Below, in pieces: positions 1 to 8,338 of a DNA stretch of 39,615 bases. The notes beneath the pieces are model-generated. The model was given only the letters and a program-made list of their open reading frames with translations. It did not search any database and was not told the DNA's origin. Position 1 is the stretch's first letter; each line of letters begins with the position of its first letter. Origin of the DNA: a virus; IMG/VR virus record IMGVR_UViG_3300045988_104347, positions 1 to 39,615 of that record; one strand, given 5' to 3'. A program made the translations under genes and the position numbers.

Positions 1-213
1 TGTGACACATCCTTTCTGAAGGGCATTGCCCGTCTTTATTCTGCCACATTTCGCCGGAAAAGTCAAGCCCGGCGGACAAATCCGGAGAGAAGATTTACAA
101 CGGTGCATCATATTTTTTGTGCAGAATCAATAGAAAATCAACTGGTTTTGCGGCGTTTCGACTGATTTCGCCCCATCCTTTCCCCACGCAGAAAGGAAGG
201 TTAAAAAAAGGTG

Positions 214-242
214 TTGACATTTGCGACAGCCTGTGCTATAAT
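214..242 (+). promoter_or_regulatory. Sigma-70-type promoter upstream of the tRNA gene
   Basis: TTGACA (214-219), exact 17-nt spacer, TATAAT (237-242) preceded by TGC (extended -10). A-rich tract just upstream. About 35 nt before the tRNA 5' end. Confidence 0.75.
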
Positions 243-277
243 AAATAAGCACTCTGAGATGCGGAGTGTGCACAGAA

Positions 278-332
<55 letters not shown>

Positions 333-354
<22 letters not shown>

Positions 355-1772
355 ATAGTTCCCACGACCGAAGTTAATGTACTTTGTATGTTAATTTCGG
401 TCGTGTTTTTTATATCTATACGAGAAATGAGCAGGCGTATAGCTTTATCGTCTGGGCTGTCATGCAGAGCCTTGAGCCAAAGAGAAATCTGATCCGTAGT
501 GTAGTCCTTTGGCATTTCCGTCTTCTTCAATGCCTCTATCTCAGAACGGAGTTGGTTCATCTTCGCACCGATATCCTCGATAACATCAGCTGGGAGGACA
601 CCACTTGACATGTTGGTCATCAAGGTGTCATACTGCTTCTGCTTCTCCGATATCTTAGATGCAACTATCTTTTTGAAATCAGCAGCTCTCTCAGGCTCTC
701 CGCACTTGTACTTTCGCATAGCCTTAGCAATGGCCTTTTGATTTTCTTCACTGAGCAGGGTGCGAAGATATGTCTTAGCGGCGTCATCAACGATATCCAT
801 AGATATCATAGGTGCACCGCACTTCTTTGAACAACGATAGTAGTGATATACGTGTCCTTTCTTCGTTGATATGTGTGCGTGCATTTTCGCACCGCATGAG
901 CAGTAGACTAACCCACTGCATAGATATGATGTCTTTGGTCCACTCTGTTTTCTGCTATCCATAATCTTCTGCACCTCGTCAAATGTTGCCTTGTCGATTA
1001 TCATCGGCAAGGCATTTTCTATTCTTATAGCATTAGGCTTAGACCTGCGCTTGGATCTATCCTTTTCCTCGTCAACACAGTATATATATGTTCCTGTGTA
1101 TTTCTCGTTTCGTAGTATCTCATATACTGCAGAATACTTCAAGGGCTTTCCACGCTTGCCCACAATGCCCACTGCCGTCATTTCTGCGATAATGTCCTTA
1201 GTTCCCTCGTGATTTTTCACCGCCGCAAAGATCTTGCGGACATATTCCGCCTCATAGGGGTTTATGATGTACTTCTGATCTACGATATCATATCCGAACG
1301 GCGGATAGCCGCCATTGTGAAGACCTTTCAGGGCTATTTCACGTTCTCCCTTTTTCGTTTCATTTGCAAGGTTATCTATATAGTATTCTGACATTGACCA
1401 CATCAGTGCACGCATTATCTTGCTTTCAGGTCCAAGTCCGAAGTCCTGACCTACCGCTATCAGTGTAATGCCCATTTTCTGCAGGCGAGCGTCAAGATTA
1501 ACGTGTTCGCCCAGTGATCTAGCCACACGATCGTATTTGTGAATAAGAATAGTATCGAAAGTACCCTTATTGCAGTCTCTCAACATTTTTTGATACTGCG
1601 CACGGCTTGCCGTCATTGACCCCTTACCACTGATAGCCTCGTCCGCATATACTGCTACGATATTATATCCCTTAGTGGCGGCATACTGTCTGCACGCCCT
1701 GAGCTGGGCTTCAATGCTATCCTCAGACTGCTTGTCCGACGAGTATCTTGCATATATAACTGCATTGCTCAT
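333..1772 (-). CDS. Large serine recombinase (phage integrase), 479 aa
   Basis: N-terminal resolvase-type catalytic domain (AVIYARYSSDKQ, YDRVARS). Central recombinase domain. Cys-rich zinc ribbon (CSGLVYCSCGAKMH...YYRCSKKCGAP). C-terminal coiled coil. RBS GGGAG upstream of ATG 1772. The ORF 3' end crosses attL and stops inside the tRNA. Confidence 0.92.
363..411 (+). terminator. Phage-supplied hairpin plus T-run downstream of the rebuilt tRNA 3' end
   Basis: CACGACCGAA (363-372) pairs with TTCGGTCGTG (396-405), followed by TTTTTT (406-411). The loop is long (23 nt), so terminator efficiency is uncertain. It lies inside the 3' tail of the integrase ORF on the other strand. Confidence 0.5.
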
Positions 1773-1790
1773 AGTGACATCTCCCTAACG

Positions 1791-2372
1791 TTATTTCGGA
1801 CGAACCGTGTCGGCAATCGCTAGAAAATCTTTGGTACTATCTTCATAATCAGGATCTAGCATGAGAACATAGAAGTAACCATTTATATCAGCCACAGCCG
1901 CCGTATTGAAAGAAGTTGAAAGGTAAACCTCACAATCGGAAAGCCCGTTAACGAATGAATACACTTCACCATCCTGCGCCATATAGTCATTCAGAAAGTC
2001 CTCGGTGCTTATATAGCCTGGCTTCTCTGTCTTTATAATTGAAAAGCCATACCCATTTGTGACTACTGCCCATGAAGTATAGTGTTCTGTTGATTTTAGC
2101 TTCTGCTGCTGGTAATCTCCTTCTATGGTAAGGCTCAAATCGTCAAAAGTGAGTACGTTCTCAGCAGGTTTTGCAGCTGTTGTCGTTGTAGTTTCCGTAG
2201 TTGTCGTAGTTGTTGTAGTTTCTGCCGTGGTAGTAGTGGTTTCAGTAGCAGATGCCTCAGTCGTAACAGCAGGCGTTGTCGAAGTTGATGAAACGTCACT
2301 GCCCGACTCTGAGCAGCTTGTCATCATCAACAGGGTTGATATTACGGCGACTAAAATAACAATTTTCTTCAT
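1791..2372 (-). CDS. Prophage lipoprotein with Thr-rich linker (candidate superinfection-exclusion or lysogenic-conversion protein)
   Basis: Signal peptide MKKIVILVAVISTLLMMTSC with a lipobox-like Cys. Low-complexity TTTTTAETTTTTTTTETTTTT linker. C-terminal globular part of about 115 aa. RBS AAGGAGG. Sits between the ImmA gene and the integrase gene on the lysogeny strand. Confidence 0.75.
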   Translation of the reverse strand: MKKIVILVAVISTLLMMTSCSESGSDVSSTSTTPAVTTEASATETTTTTAETTTTTTTTETTTTTAAKPAENVLTFDDLSLTIEGDYQQQKLKSTEHYTSWAVVTNGYGFSIIKTEKPGYISTEDFLNDYMAQDGEVYSFVNGLSDCEVYLSTSFNTAAVADINGYFYVLMLDPDYEDSTKDFLAIADTVRPK

Positions 2373-2396
2373 TTTGTCCTCCTTATGTACAGCGAA

Positions 2397-2966
2397 TTAT
2401 TTCGCTGTTTGTTTTTGTATATACTCTTTGAAGTTATCATAAACCGCCTTTTCAAGCGGGCTTGTAAGAAACTTATTCCGAGAGTATAGGATTTCCATTC
2501 GCTCGGCTCTTATTTGAGCAGCGGTGTTTGATATGTCGCATAATTCCGCTATCTCCGTCATAGTGCGGACATTCAGCGCCCACAGCACGCAAGCAGGAGC
2601 TAACAACCGAGCGGCGAATGCGTCCGCCTGCTGCTCAATCGTGGGGCGTGTGGTGTCAAATGTTCTTGCGTGATACCCCTTGCGGAGCTCGTGCCCTAAA
2701 AAAATATGTCCGAGCTCGTGCGCAACGGTAAATCTGCAACGCTGACGAGTATTTTCATCATCATATATTATATACCATTGCTTGCCGTCAAGCACGCTTG
2801 CACCGCTTTCGTGTGGGGCAAGCTCGTGAACATCGCTATTTTTTATTACCTTTATCCCTGCCGCCCGAGCGATTAGCGACGGTTTAACGGGTAATTCTGA
2901 CACGTTGTAATCAATTAGACAACGCCACGCAGCGTTGCGGGTATCTTTATAAATACCGTAAAGCAA
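2397..2966 (-). CDS. ImmA/IrrE-family zinc metallopeptidase
   Basis: HEXXH motif VAHELGHIFLGH. Directly downstream of an XRE repressor, as in ImmR/ImmA modules. TTG start 6 nt after GAGGTGA. Confidence 0.85.
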   Translation of the reverse strand: MLYGIYKDTRNAAWRCLIDYNVSELPVKPSLIARAAGIKVIKNSDVHELAPHESGASVLDGKQWYIIYDDENTRQRCRFTVAHELGHIFLGHELRKGYHARTFDTTRPTIEQQADAFAARLLAPACVLWALNVRTMTEIAELCDISNTAAQIRAERMEILYSRNKFLTSPLEKAVYDNFKEYIQKQTAK

Positions 2967-3017
2967 ACGACATCACCTCGTAAGGTATTATGCCCTACGA
3001 GGTATTTGTTTATGTAA

Positions 3018-3443
3018 TTACAAATCGTCGTCGCTCTCGGGTGCGTCTTTCAACTTTTGCAGACGTTCAGCCGAAATATTTAAGATTTCGTCCTCGTGCC
3101 CGTCAGAGCTTTCGGCAGCTCGATATACCGTAATAGATTTATCGTTTGCAATGTCAAGCAGCTTGTCAATCGCTGGTTGCATTTCTGGCATTTGCCGATA
3201 TGCTTTGATTAGCTTTTGCTCGTGCGGCGTAACTATAATTTGCTCGTCACAGCCTCCGAATAAGTAGTTTGCGTCACAGTCTAAAGCCTCCATCAGCTTA
3301 ATTATGACTTTCTCAGGTGGAGAATTTGTGTTAACCTCGTAATTACTGATTGATGTCTTTTTAACACCTACTCTATTAGCGAGCTCGTCTTGCGTTATTC
3401 CTAACTCTTTGCGGCGCTCCCGTATACGTTCGCCTATCAACAT
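3018..3443 (-). CDS. XRE-family HTH repressor (CI-like), 141 aa
   Basis: HTH segment IRERRKELGITQDELANRVGVKKTSISNYE plus a C-terminal domain. ATG 3443 is preceded by AAGGAGG. The ORF-track start (3458) is a TTG inside that RBS. Confidence 0.88.
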   Translation of the reverse strand: MLIGERIRERRKELGITQDELANRVGVKKTSISNYEVNTNSPPEKVIIKLMEALDCDANYLFGGCDEQIIVTPHEQKLIKAYRQMPEMQPAIDKLLDIANDKSITVYRAAESSDGHEDEILNISAERLQKLKDAPESDDDL

Positions 3444-3465
3444 ATCGCCTCCTTTCAATAATTTT

Positions 3466-3494
3466 ATTATATCATATTAAATCCAGTATTTCAA
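3466..3494 (-). promoter_or_regulatory. Candidate leftward promoter for the repressor operon
   Basis: On the minus strand: TTGAAA (3494-3489), 17-nt spacer, TATAAT (3471-3466), just upstream of the repressor RBS. Confidence 0.6.
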
Positions 3495-3570
3495 GACTTT
3501 TATAGAGAAAAATTGATAAATCGAGGAAATTTGTTGAAAACGTCCAAAATAACTAGATTAAATTCTACAC

Positions 3571-3595
3571 TTTTATCCATTTAAAATGGATAAAA
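3571..3595. promoter_or_regulatory. Palindromic operator candidate (12+1+12 inverted repeat)
   Basis: TTTTATCCATTT-A-AAATGGATAAAA. The half-site AAATGGAT recurs at 3615-3622 inside the rightward promoter spacer. Confidence 0.65.
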
Positions 3596-3599
3596 CAGC

Positions 3600-3628
3600 T
3601 TGACAATACAGTTTAAATGGATTATAAT
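3600..3628 (+). promoter_or_regulatory. Rightward early promoter (PR-like)
   Basis: TTGACA (3600-3605), 17-nt spacer containing AAATGGAT, TATAAT (3623-3628). About 45 nt upstream of the Cro-like gene. Confidence 0.75.
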
Positions 3629-3672
3629 ATAGCTAAAGACCAGTTATAATGGACTTGAAAGGAGGAACTCAT

Positions 3673-3876
3673 ATGTTAACTATCATCGGAAAGAATGTAA
3701 AGCGCATTATAAATGAGCGAAACATCAAACAGAAAGACGCAGCCGCACTTTGCGGGTATTCGGCTAAAACATTCAGTAATATGCTTAACGGCTATCTTAC
3801 TATAAGAGATACCGATATAGTAAAAATCAAGCGTGGGCTTGACGTCGAATACAACGAGCTCTTTTTAAGCGCCTAA
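3673..3876 (+). CDS. Cro-like XRE-family HTH protein, 67 aa
   Basis: HTH KQKDAAALCGYSAKTFSNMLNG. ATG 3673 follows AAAGGAGG. Divergent from the repressor. Confidence 0.8.
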   Translation: MLTIIGKNVKRIINERNIKQKDAAALCGYSAKTFSNMLNGYLTIRDTDIVKIKRGLDVEYNELFLSA

Positions 3877-3913
3877 AAGGTTTCAACAAAACGATAAAAA
3901 AGAGGTGATACCA

Positions 3914-4120
3914 ATGTCAAAATCAACAGACCATGATTTCAATGAGATAGTATATGACAGTGTTCTTCCTGAGATTGCAAGAGCTTTTTGCTCTTTAAAA
4001 AAAGAAGTCTCAGGAAATAAACTCGTGAATGAGCTATCTCCTGAGGAAAATGAGATTATAAAAATCAAAAGCAAAATGTTGAACAAAGTCATAACAGACT
4101 TTATTCAGAAACAGCTATGA
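3914..4120 (+). CDS. Hypothetical early protein, 68 aa
   Basis: ORF with RBS AGAGGTGA before ATG 3914. No recognisable motif. Confidence 0.55.
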   Translation: MSKSTDHDFNEIVYDSVLPEIARAFCSLKKEVSGNKLVNELSPEENEIIKIKSKMLNKVITDFIQKQL

Positions 4121-4498
4121 TCAAGGCGTGAACTGATTCACAACATATATTTCAGCAAGTTTCTTGACCAATTCAAAAGTCATTGCTTTGGCTTTTGTCT
4201 TAACAGTGTTCCACAGCTTAGAATCTCGAATGCTGTCGAGATACTGATGACCCTCATACGTGATACTGCTGTAGACGATAGTCATAATCTTGCTGTCTGT
4301 CCCTACTGGTTTTGCTTCGATATACTTGGCTTCCCAGAGCTTCGTTGAGGCATACGCAATATCGGCTCGTGAGAAGTCTGGCATTTTCTCACAGACCTGC
4401 TTAAGATTTAAGCTTGGGTATGACAAGCTATCGTCCATGACTAGGTTTTCTTCAAGAGTTAGCAAAAGTTCACGAACACAATCATAGTTTAGTTTCAT
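4121..4498 (-). CDS. DUF2513-like winged-helix-type protein, antisense to the early operon
   Basis: 125 aa. N-terminal MKLNYDCVRELLLTLEE and C-terminal ITYEGHQYLDSIRDSKLW resemble the DUF2513 pattern. RBS AAGGGGGA. Has its own promoter. Confidence 0.6.
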   Translation of the reverse strand: MKLNYDCVRELLLTLEENLVMDDSLSYPSLNLKQVCEKMPDFSRADIAYASTKLWEAKYIEAKPVGTDSKIMTIVYSSITYEGHQYLDSIRDSKLWNTVKTKAKAMTFELVKKLAEIYVVNQFTP

Positions 4499-4530
4499 AG
4501 TTATCCCCCTTTCTGATATATTTCAAATTT

Positions 4531-4559
4531 ATTATATCATACAAGGTGGGAGCATTCAA
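4531..4559 (-). promoter_or_regulatory. Candidate promoter for the DUF2513-like gene
   Basis: On the minus strand: TTGAAT (4559-4554), 17-nt spacer, TATAAT (4536-4531). Confidence 0.55.
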
Positions 4560-4579
4560 GTTAAATAAGGAGAATAAAA

Positions 4580-5197
4580 GTGACAAACCATAAGATAAAA
4601 GACTATCATAAGAACCGCCTTGCATTCGAGGTCATAGTCAAGAATTACGAAATGCTCTGCTCCATGCTGATAGTGCTGAATAAGGAGTATCCTAAGACGT
4701 TCTATCCTAAGAAATGTCGCCAATGGATAGATGATTTTGCAGACAACTGCAAAATTGCCAACGAGTGGGACAAGGACGGTGTATATGCCTATAAAATGCA
4801 GCGGGCGTGCGAGAATAGCGGCATAGATCTGAACATGGTAGTAACGTTCGTTGAACGGAATTGCAAAGAGTTCAATCTCCAGAACAGGGCTATTCTGGCG
4901 GACAACATCAAGCTGGCGCTTGTGCAGACCGCCACAGAGTATGGCGTGGGCGGCAAGCGTATGAAAGCCATTCAGAACGCCATGTTGGAAACTTTCATTG
5001 ACAATCCTAGGGAGCAGGTCAAGGCGCTGGGTATAGATGATTACATCGAAGAATGCACAGTGGGTCAGGTCGATATCCGCAAGTTCAGAGTCAAAGACAA
5101 GGTCAGGACTACCCTGCAGGAGCAGAAAGAAGCCTTAGCAGGCTTGGAAGCGTTCCGGCGCTGGTCAGCTGAGAATGTAAAAAAAGAGGGGCAGTAA
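4580..5197 (+). CDS. Hypothetical early protein, 205 aa (GTG start)
   Basis: Long ORF preceded by AAGGAGA. No motif recognised. Confidence 0.65.
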   Translation: MTNHKIKDYHKNRLAFEVIVKNYEMLCSMLIVLNKEYPKTFYPKKCRQWIDDFADNCKIANEWDKDGVYAYKMQRACENSGIDLNMVVTFVERNCKEFNLQNRAILADNIKLALVQTATEYGVGGKRMKAIQNAMLETFIDNPREQVKALGIDDYIEECTVGQVDIRKFRVKDKVRTTLQEQKEALAGLEAFRRWSAENVKKEGQ

Positions 5198-5198
5198 A

Positions 5199-5366
5199 GT
5201 GAAAGAAACGATTGATATTCCCGTAAGCGTTACATATCGCATAGAGGACGGCAAGATCATAGAAACACGCCGCAAGGTCAAGAAGATACCGGCTGACGTT
5301 ATCGCAAGCATTCTTTACCGCCATTTCAAACAGAAAGAGAGGAATAAGAAGTGCTGCACATCATGA
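5199..5366 (+). CDS. Hypothetical small protein, 55 aa (not in ORF track)
   Basis: GTG 5199 lies 7 nt after AGAGGGG. It fills the gap between neighbours. The stop overlaps the next ATG (ATGA). Confidence 0.45.
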   Translation: MKETIDIPVSVTYRIEDGKIIETRRKVKKIPADVIASILYRHFKQKERNKKCCTS

Positions 5367-5581
5367 AGATAGACGCCATTATCGGCGAAAGAACAAACGC
5401 TGAGATAGAAAGAGCCATTGGTAAGGCTCAGCTTGTCGGTGACAAGCTATGGCATGGAGATCTGAGCAAAGAAGACCTCCTGAGCTACTACGTGGCGCAG
5501 ACCATAGAGAAGCATTTGGTGGCTGATATCGAGGAGCGTATCAAAGAGTTGGAGGGTGACGGAGATGTACGCAAAGAATGA
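5363..5581 (+). CDS. Hypothetical early protein, 72 aa
   Basis: ATG 5363 is coupled to the upstream stop. In-frame part of ORF 5351-5581. Confidence 0.55.
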   Translation: MKIDAIIGERTNAEIERAIGKAQLVGDKLWHGDLSKEDLLSYYVAQTIEKHLVADIEERIKELEGDGDVRKE

Positions 5582-5834
5582 TACCCGCAGTTCACTGATA
5601 TCGCAAGCCGTCATCAGAATAGCAACGGATATGGGGATTGAAAGCTATGTCCGAGAGATACGCCACGGCTATTCTATATGTGCCGGCGAATTCGTCATCG
5701 TTGACATGGCGGACAATACCAGCGTTAAGATGATAATATCAGATTATGACGGTTATTATCAGCAAATCAAAAGAAACCTGAGAAAATGGAGGAAAAATTA
5801 TGACAAAAAAAGACGTAGTCCTTGCACTCAATGA
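5565..5834 (+). CDS. Hypothetical early protein, 89 aa
   Basis: ATG 5565 follows GGAGGG. In-frame part of ORF 5556-5834. Confidence 0.55.
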   Translation: MYAKNDTRSSLISQAVIRIATDMGIESYVREIRHGYSICAGEFVIVDMADNTSVKMIISDYDGYYQQIKRNLRKWRKNYDKKRRSPCTQ

Positions 5835-6021
5835 AGATGTCAAGGCGGTTGATTACTTGGCAATGAGGGAGCAGAGAGACAAGCATAACAAGCTCGTTAA
5901 CCGTCGAAAGCGAGAAGATCGCAGAGAGTGCTTCGCAATGGCCTTGCTGACTATCTTTTTTGCATTCATGATAATAGTAGTAATGCTCGGCCTTGGGCAG
6001 GTATGGGAGATGATCTACTGA
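5800..6021 (+). CDS. Small membrane-anchored protein, 73 aa
   Basis: RBS GGAGGA. C-terminal hydrophobic helix CFAMALLTIFFAFMIIVVMLGLG. Confidence 0.55.
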   Translation: MTKKDVVLALNEDVKAVDYLAMREQRDKHNKLVNRRKREDRRECFAMALLTIFFAFMIIVVMLGLGQVWEMIY

Positions 6022-6323
6022 TGTATGATTTCAACAACGCAGTCAGACTTAACCGCATAGGTGGTGAATATGTCATCACTGTGGACGGAAAGCCGTTGGA
6101 AACGTCACTCAGCTCTAATCAGCGCCGTAATCCTCTTATAGCTGTCAGCAGATATGCATCAGCAATAGACGAATACCTCAGAGGGAACGTCAAGAAGTAT
6201 CTTGCTGAAAACGAGCTGAACGTTGTTACGGGTTGTAATGTCTGCATGGAGTGTACAGACTGCAAGTTCTATCACCTCAACAACGCTGAAAGCAACTGCC
6301 GCCTAGGTGACAACAATGAGTAA
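6021..6323 (+). CDS. Hypothetical early protein, 100 aa
   Basis: ATG 6021 overlaps the upstream TGA by 1 nt. C-terminal Cys cluster CNVCMECTDCKF. Confidence 0.55.
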   Translation: MYDFNNAVRLNRIGGEYVITVDGKPLETSLSSNQRRNPLIAVSRYASAIDEYLRGNVKKYLAENELNVVTGCNVCMECTDCKFYHLNNAESNCRLGDNNE

Positions 6324-6573
6324 GACCGTATACGTCGATAATACTATTTATCGAAAAGAGTCCAAGCAGTTTCCGAACGTCAAGTATCGTTTCAACCTTT
6401 CCAACGTCGTGATACATAGTATGTATACCATGTATCTTAAGAGCCGTGGCATACCGAAGACCATAGGGCTTACGGACAAGCAGCGTTTTGATTTTGAAAA
6501 ACGTGTTCAATCTCTTATCGACAACGGGTCTATCGTAGTGACAGAAGTCGAAGCAGGAACGAAAGGAAAATGA
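6316..6573 (+). CDS. Hypothetical early protein, 85 aa
   Basis: ATG 6316 lies 7 nt after AGGTGA. Confidence 0.55.
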   Translation: MSKTVYVDNTIYRKESKQFPNVKYRFNLSNVVIHSMYTMYLKSRGIPKTIGLTDKQRFDFEKRVQSLIDNGSIVVTEVEAGTKGK

Positions 6574-6710
6574 AAATGAGTACCATAGGAATAATACTGT
6601 TATCCATAGCGACGCTTATCGTTGCGGATATCGTGATGTACATAGTACTTGGTGCCATTGAAAAGCACTGGGAGAAAAAGTTTAAGGAGGATAAAGATGA
6701 CGAGAGATGA
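6570..6710 (+). CDS. Small single-pass membrane protein, 46 aa (not in ORF track)
   Basis: ATGA overlap with the upstream stop. Hydrophobic core TIGIILLSIATLIVADIVMYIVLGAI. Confidence 0.45.
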   Translation: MKMSTIGIILLSIATLIVADIVMYIVLGAIEKHWEKKFKEDKDDER

Positions 6711-7083
6711 AATAATTCTTGCAGCAAAATGCTGCATAGCAGACAACTGTGGAGCTTGTCCGTTTATGAATAGAGGTAATTGCATTACTGATTTTATGAA
6801 GAATGTTCTTGAATGCATAAAAAGTGAGCCTGCACCTGCGGCAACAGGTACAAGCTCAACGAAAAAAGAAAACACTTTTCAAGTTGATGATAGCACAAAA
6901 GAGAAGATTTGTCAAGCATATGATACCGTAGATGAAGCCTGTGCAGATATAATCGATATCTATGAAGTAATGTCTGAGCGAGAACATAGAGCTTTTAACA
7001 TTGGAGAGGCGTATGGAAAGATATGCAGCACGAGAAGTAAGTTAGAAGGACTGATCGGAGCAAGCGGAAGAGAGGGAGAGTAA
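6697..7083 (+). CDS. Cys-rich hypothetical protein, 128 aa
   Basis: ATG 6697 follows AAGGAGG. N-terminal CCIADNCGACPFMNRGNC cluster. Confidence 0.6.
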   Translation: MTRDEIILAAKCCIADNCGACPFMNRGNCITDFMKNVLECIKSEPAPAATGTSSTKKENTFQVDDSTKEKICQAYDTVDEACADIIDIYEVMSEREHRAFNIGEAYGKICSTRSKLEGLIGASGREGE

Positions 7084-7320
7084 ATGCCGATTATAACAGA
7101 CGTTGACCTGCTATGCTATAATGCTGAACTTGCAGGCGCCAGAAAGCGACTGAATTACAAATCGCCCCCGCCAAGGCATAACGCAGGCCCATGTATTTTT
7201 TATAATAGCATAAGACAAGAGTGTATGGCGCTAGTCGAGAAGCCAGCGCAAGAAACTTGCACACGCTGCAAGTTCTTCAAAACCAGAACGGAGGATTATA
7301 ATGCAGATGAATTCAAATAA
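7084..7320 (+). CDS. Cys-containing hypothetical protein, 78 aa
   Basis: Abuts the upstream stop. Contains C...C...CTRCKF. Confidence 0.55.
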   Translation: MPIITDVDLLCYNAELAGARKRLNYKSPPPRHNAGPCIFYNSIRQECMALVEKPAQETCTRCKFFKTRTEDYNADEFK

Positions 7321-7933
7321 TCAGAAACCAACATTTGATTGGAGAAAATTTAAGTATGAGAACATAGCTGTTCACGTCAAGACTCAGGAAGAATACGATA
7401 ACTTTATGAAAGAATGCAAGGCGCAGGGGTTTGCATGGTGCACTGGCAAAGAAGCTGATATGCCCAATCTTTGGCCAGACTGCGCATATGATATGTGCAT
7501 AATACATGACAATAGTGGGCTTGTAAAAAAGGGACTGCATTATCAAAGACTTGGCTTCTGGAAGGACACGGGATATAGAATAGAAGAATTCGCAAATTTC
7601 TATTTTCCAAAAGATTACCAGCCGCTTAATTCAAACAGCAATATCCCAGAAGAACAGATAGAATTCTTGGAAAAGCCAACAACGCACACCTTGAAGCTGG
7701 AAGAATGCTTCTGTGAAGCAGTTGTCACAGGTAAAAAGTGTTTTGAAATTCGTAAAAATGACAGAGGCTTTCAGCCTGGAGACACGATTGAATTCATTCC
7801 AGTAAGTAACGGACATCCTGCTATTCATGTGATATCAAACCGCAGATATAGGATAACATATGTCCTAAGTGGTTGGGGGTTGAAGAATGGATATGTTGCA
7901 TTAGGAATAGAGGAGGTAAAGAACTATGACTAG
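7301..7933 (+). CDS. Protein with C-terminal ASCH/DUF3850-like domain, 210 aa
   Basis: The C-terminal HTLKLEECFCEAVVTGKKCFEIRKNDRGFQPGDTIEF matches the DUF3850 (ASCH/PUA-like) pattern. The N-terminal ~130 aa are unassigned. Confidence 0.6.
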   Translation: MQMNSNNQKPTFDWRKFKYENIAVHVKTQEEYDNFMKECKAQGFAWCTGKEADMPNLWPDCAYDMCIIHDNSGLVKKGLHYQRLGFWKDTGYRIEEFANFYFPKDYQPLNSNSNIPEEQIEFLEKPTTHTLKLEECFCEAVVTGKKCFEIRKNDRGFQPGDTIEFIPVSNGHPAIHVISNRRYRITYVLSGWGLKNGYVALGIEEVKNYD

Positions 7934-8321
7934 CTACAGAGAGCAGGCGTTAAAGAAACTCACAGACGAACGAGAGGGCGTTAAGCTTAGCGGTGGAGCA
8001 TCGGCGAACACAGTGCTGAGCACTATCGTTCAGCCTGTCATAGACGCACTTGAAAGCTTCGTCAAGCAGGACGAGGAGTTCGCACAGGCGGTCGCTCAGG
8101 GTGGCACACTTCAGAAGTGTTTTGAAGCCGTCTACAAAGCTATTAAGGATAGCAACTTCGCACTATCAGACTTCAAGACTTATGAGACCGCCGCAGGTTT
8201 CTTCTTCCCTGGCTGTAAGATACGCTATCACATGGATATAGACCTCTGCGGTAGCGTCAGCAAGGAAGCGCCGGAGCAGAAGCGCAAGTCGATCACAGTT
8301 TCCTTTGATGACTTATTCTGA
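7926..8321 (+). CDS. PcfK-like protein (family that includes AcrIIA9), 131 aa
   Basis: Size, position immediately upstream of a PcfJ-like gene, and a central EEFAQAV...KCFEAVYKAIK segment resemble PcfK-like proteins. The assignment is from memory only. Confidence 0.45.
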   Translation: MTSYREQALKKLTDEREGVKLSGGASANTVLSTIVQPVIDALESFVKQDEEFAQAVAQGGTLQKCFEAVYKAIKDSNFALSDFKTYETAAGFFFPGCKIRYHMDIDLCGSVSKEAPEQKRKSITVSFDDLF

Positions 8322-8338
8322 TCTGAGGTGAGTCGATA

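Noticed and set aside
2125-2442. 105-aa plus-strand ORF with poly-Val runs
   Set aside because: It is the antisense reading of the Thr-rich (ACN) linker of the lipoprotein gene. It is a low-complexity mirror frame, not a gene.
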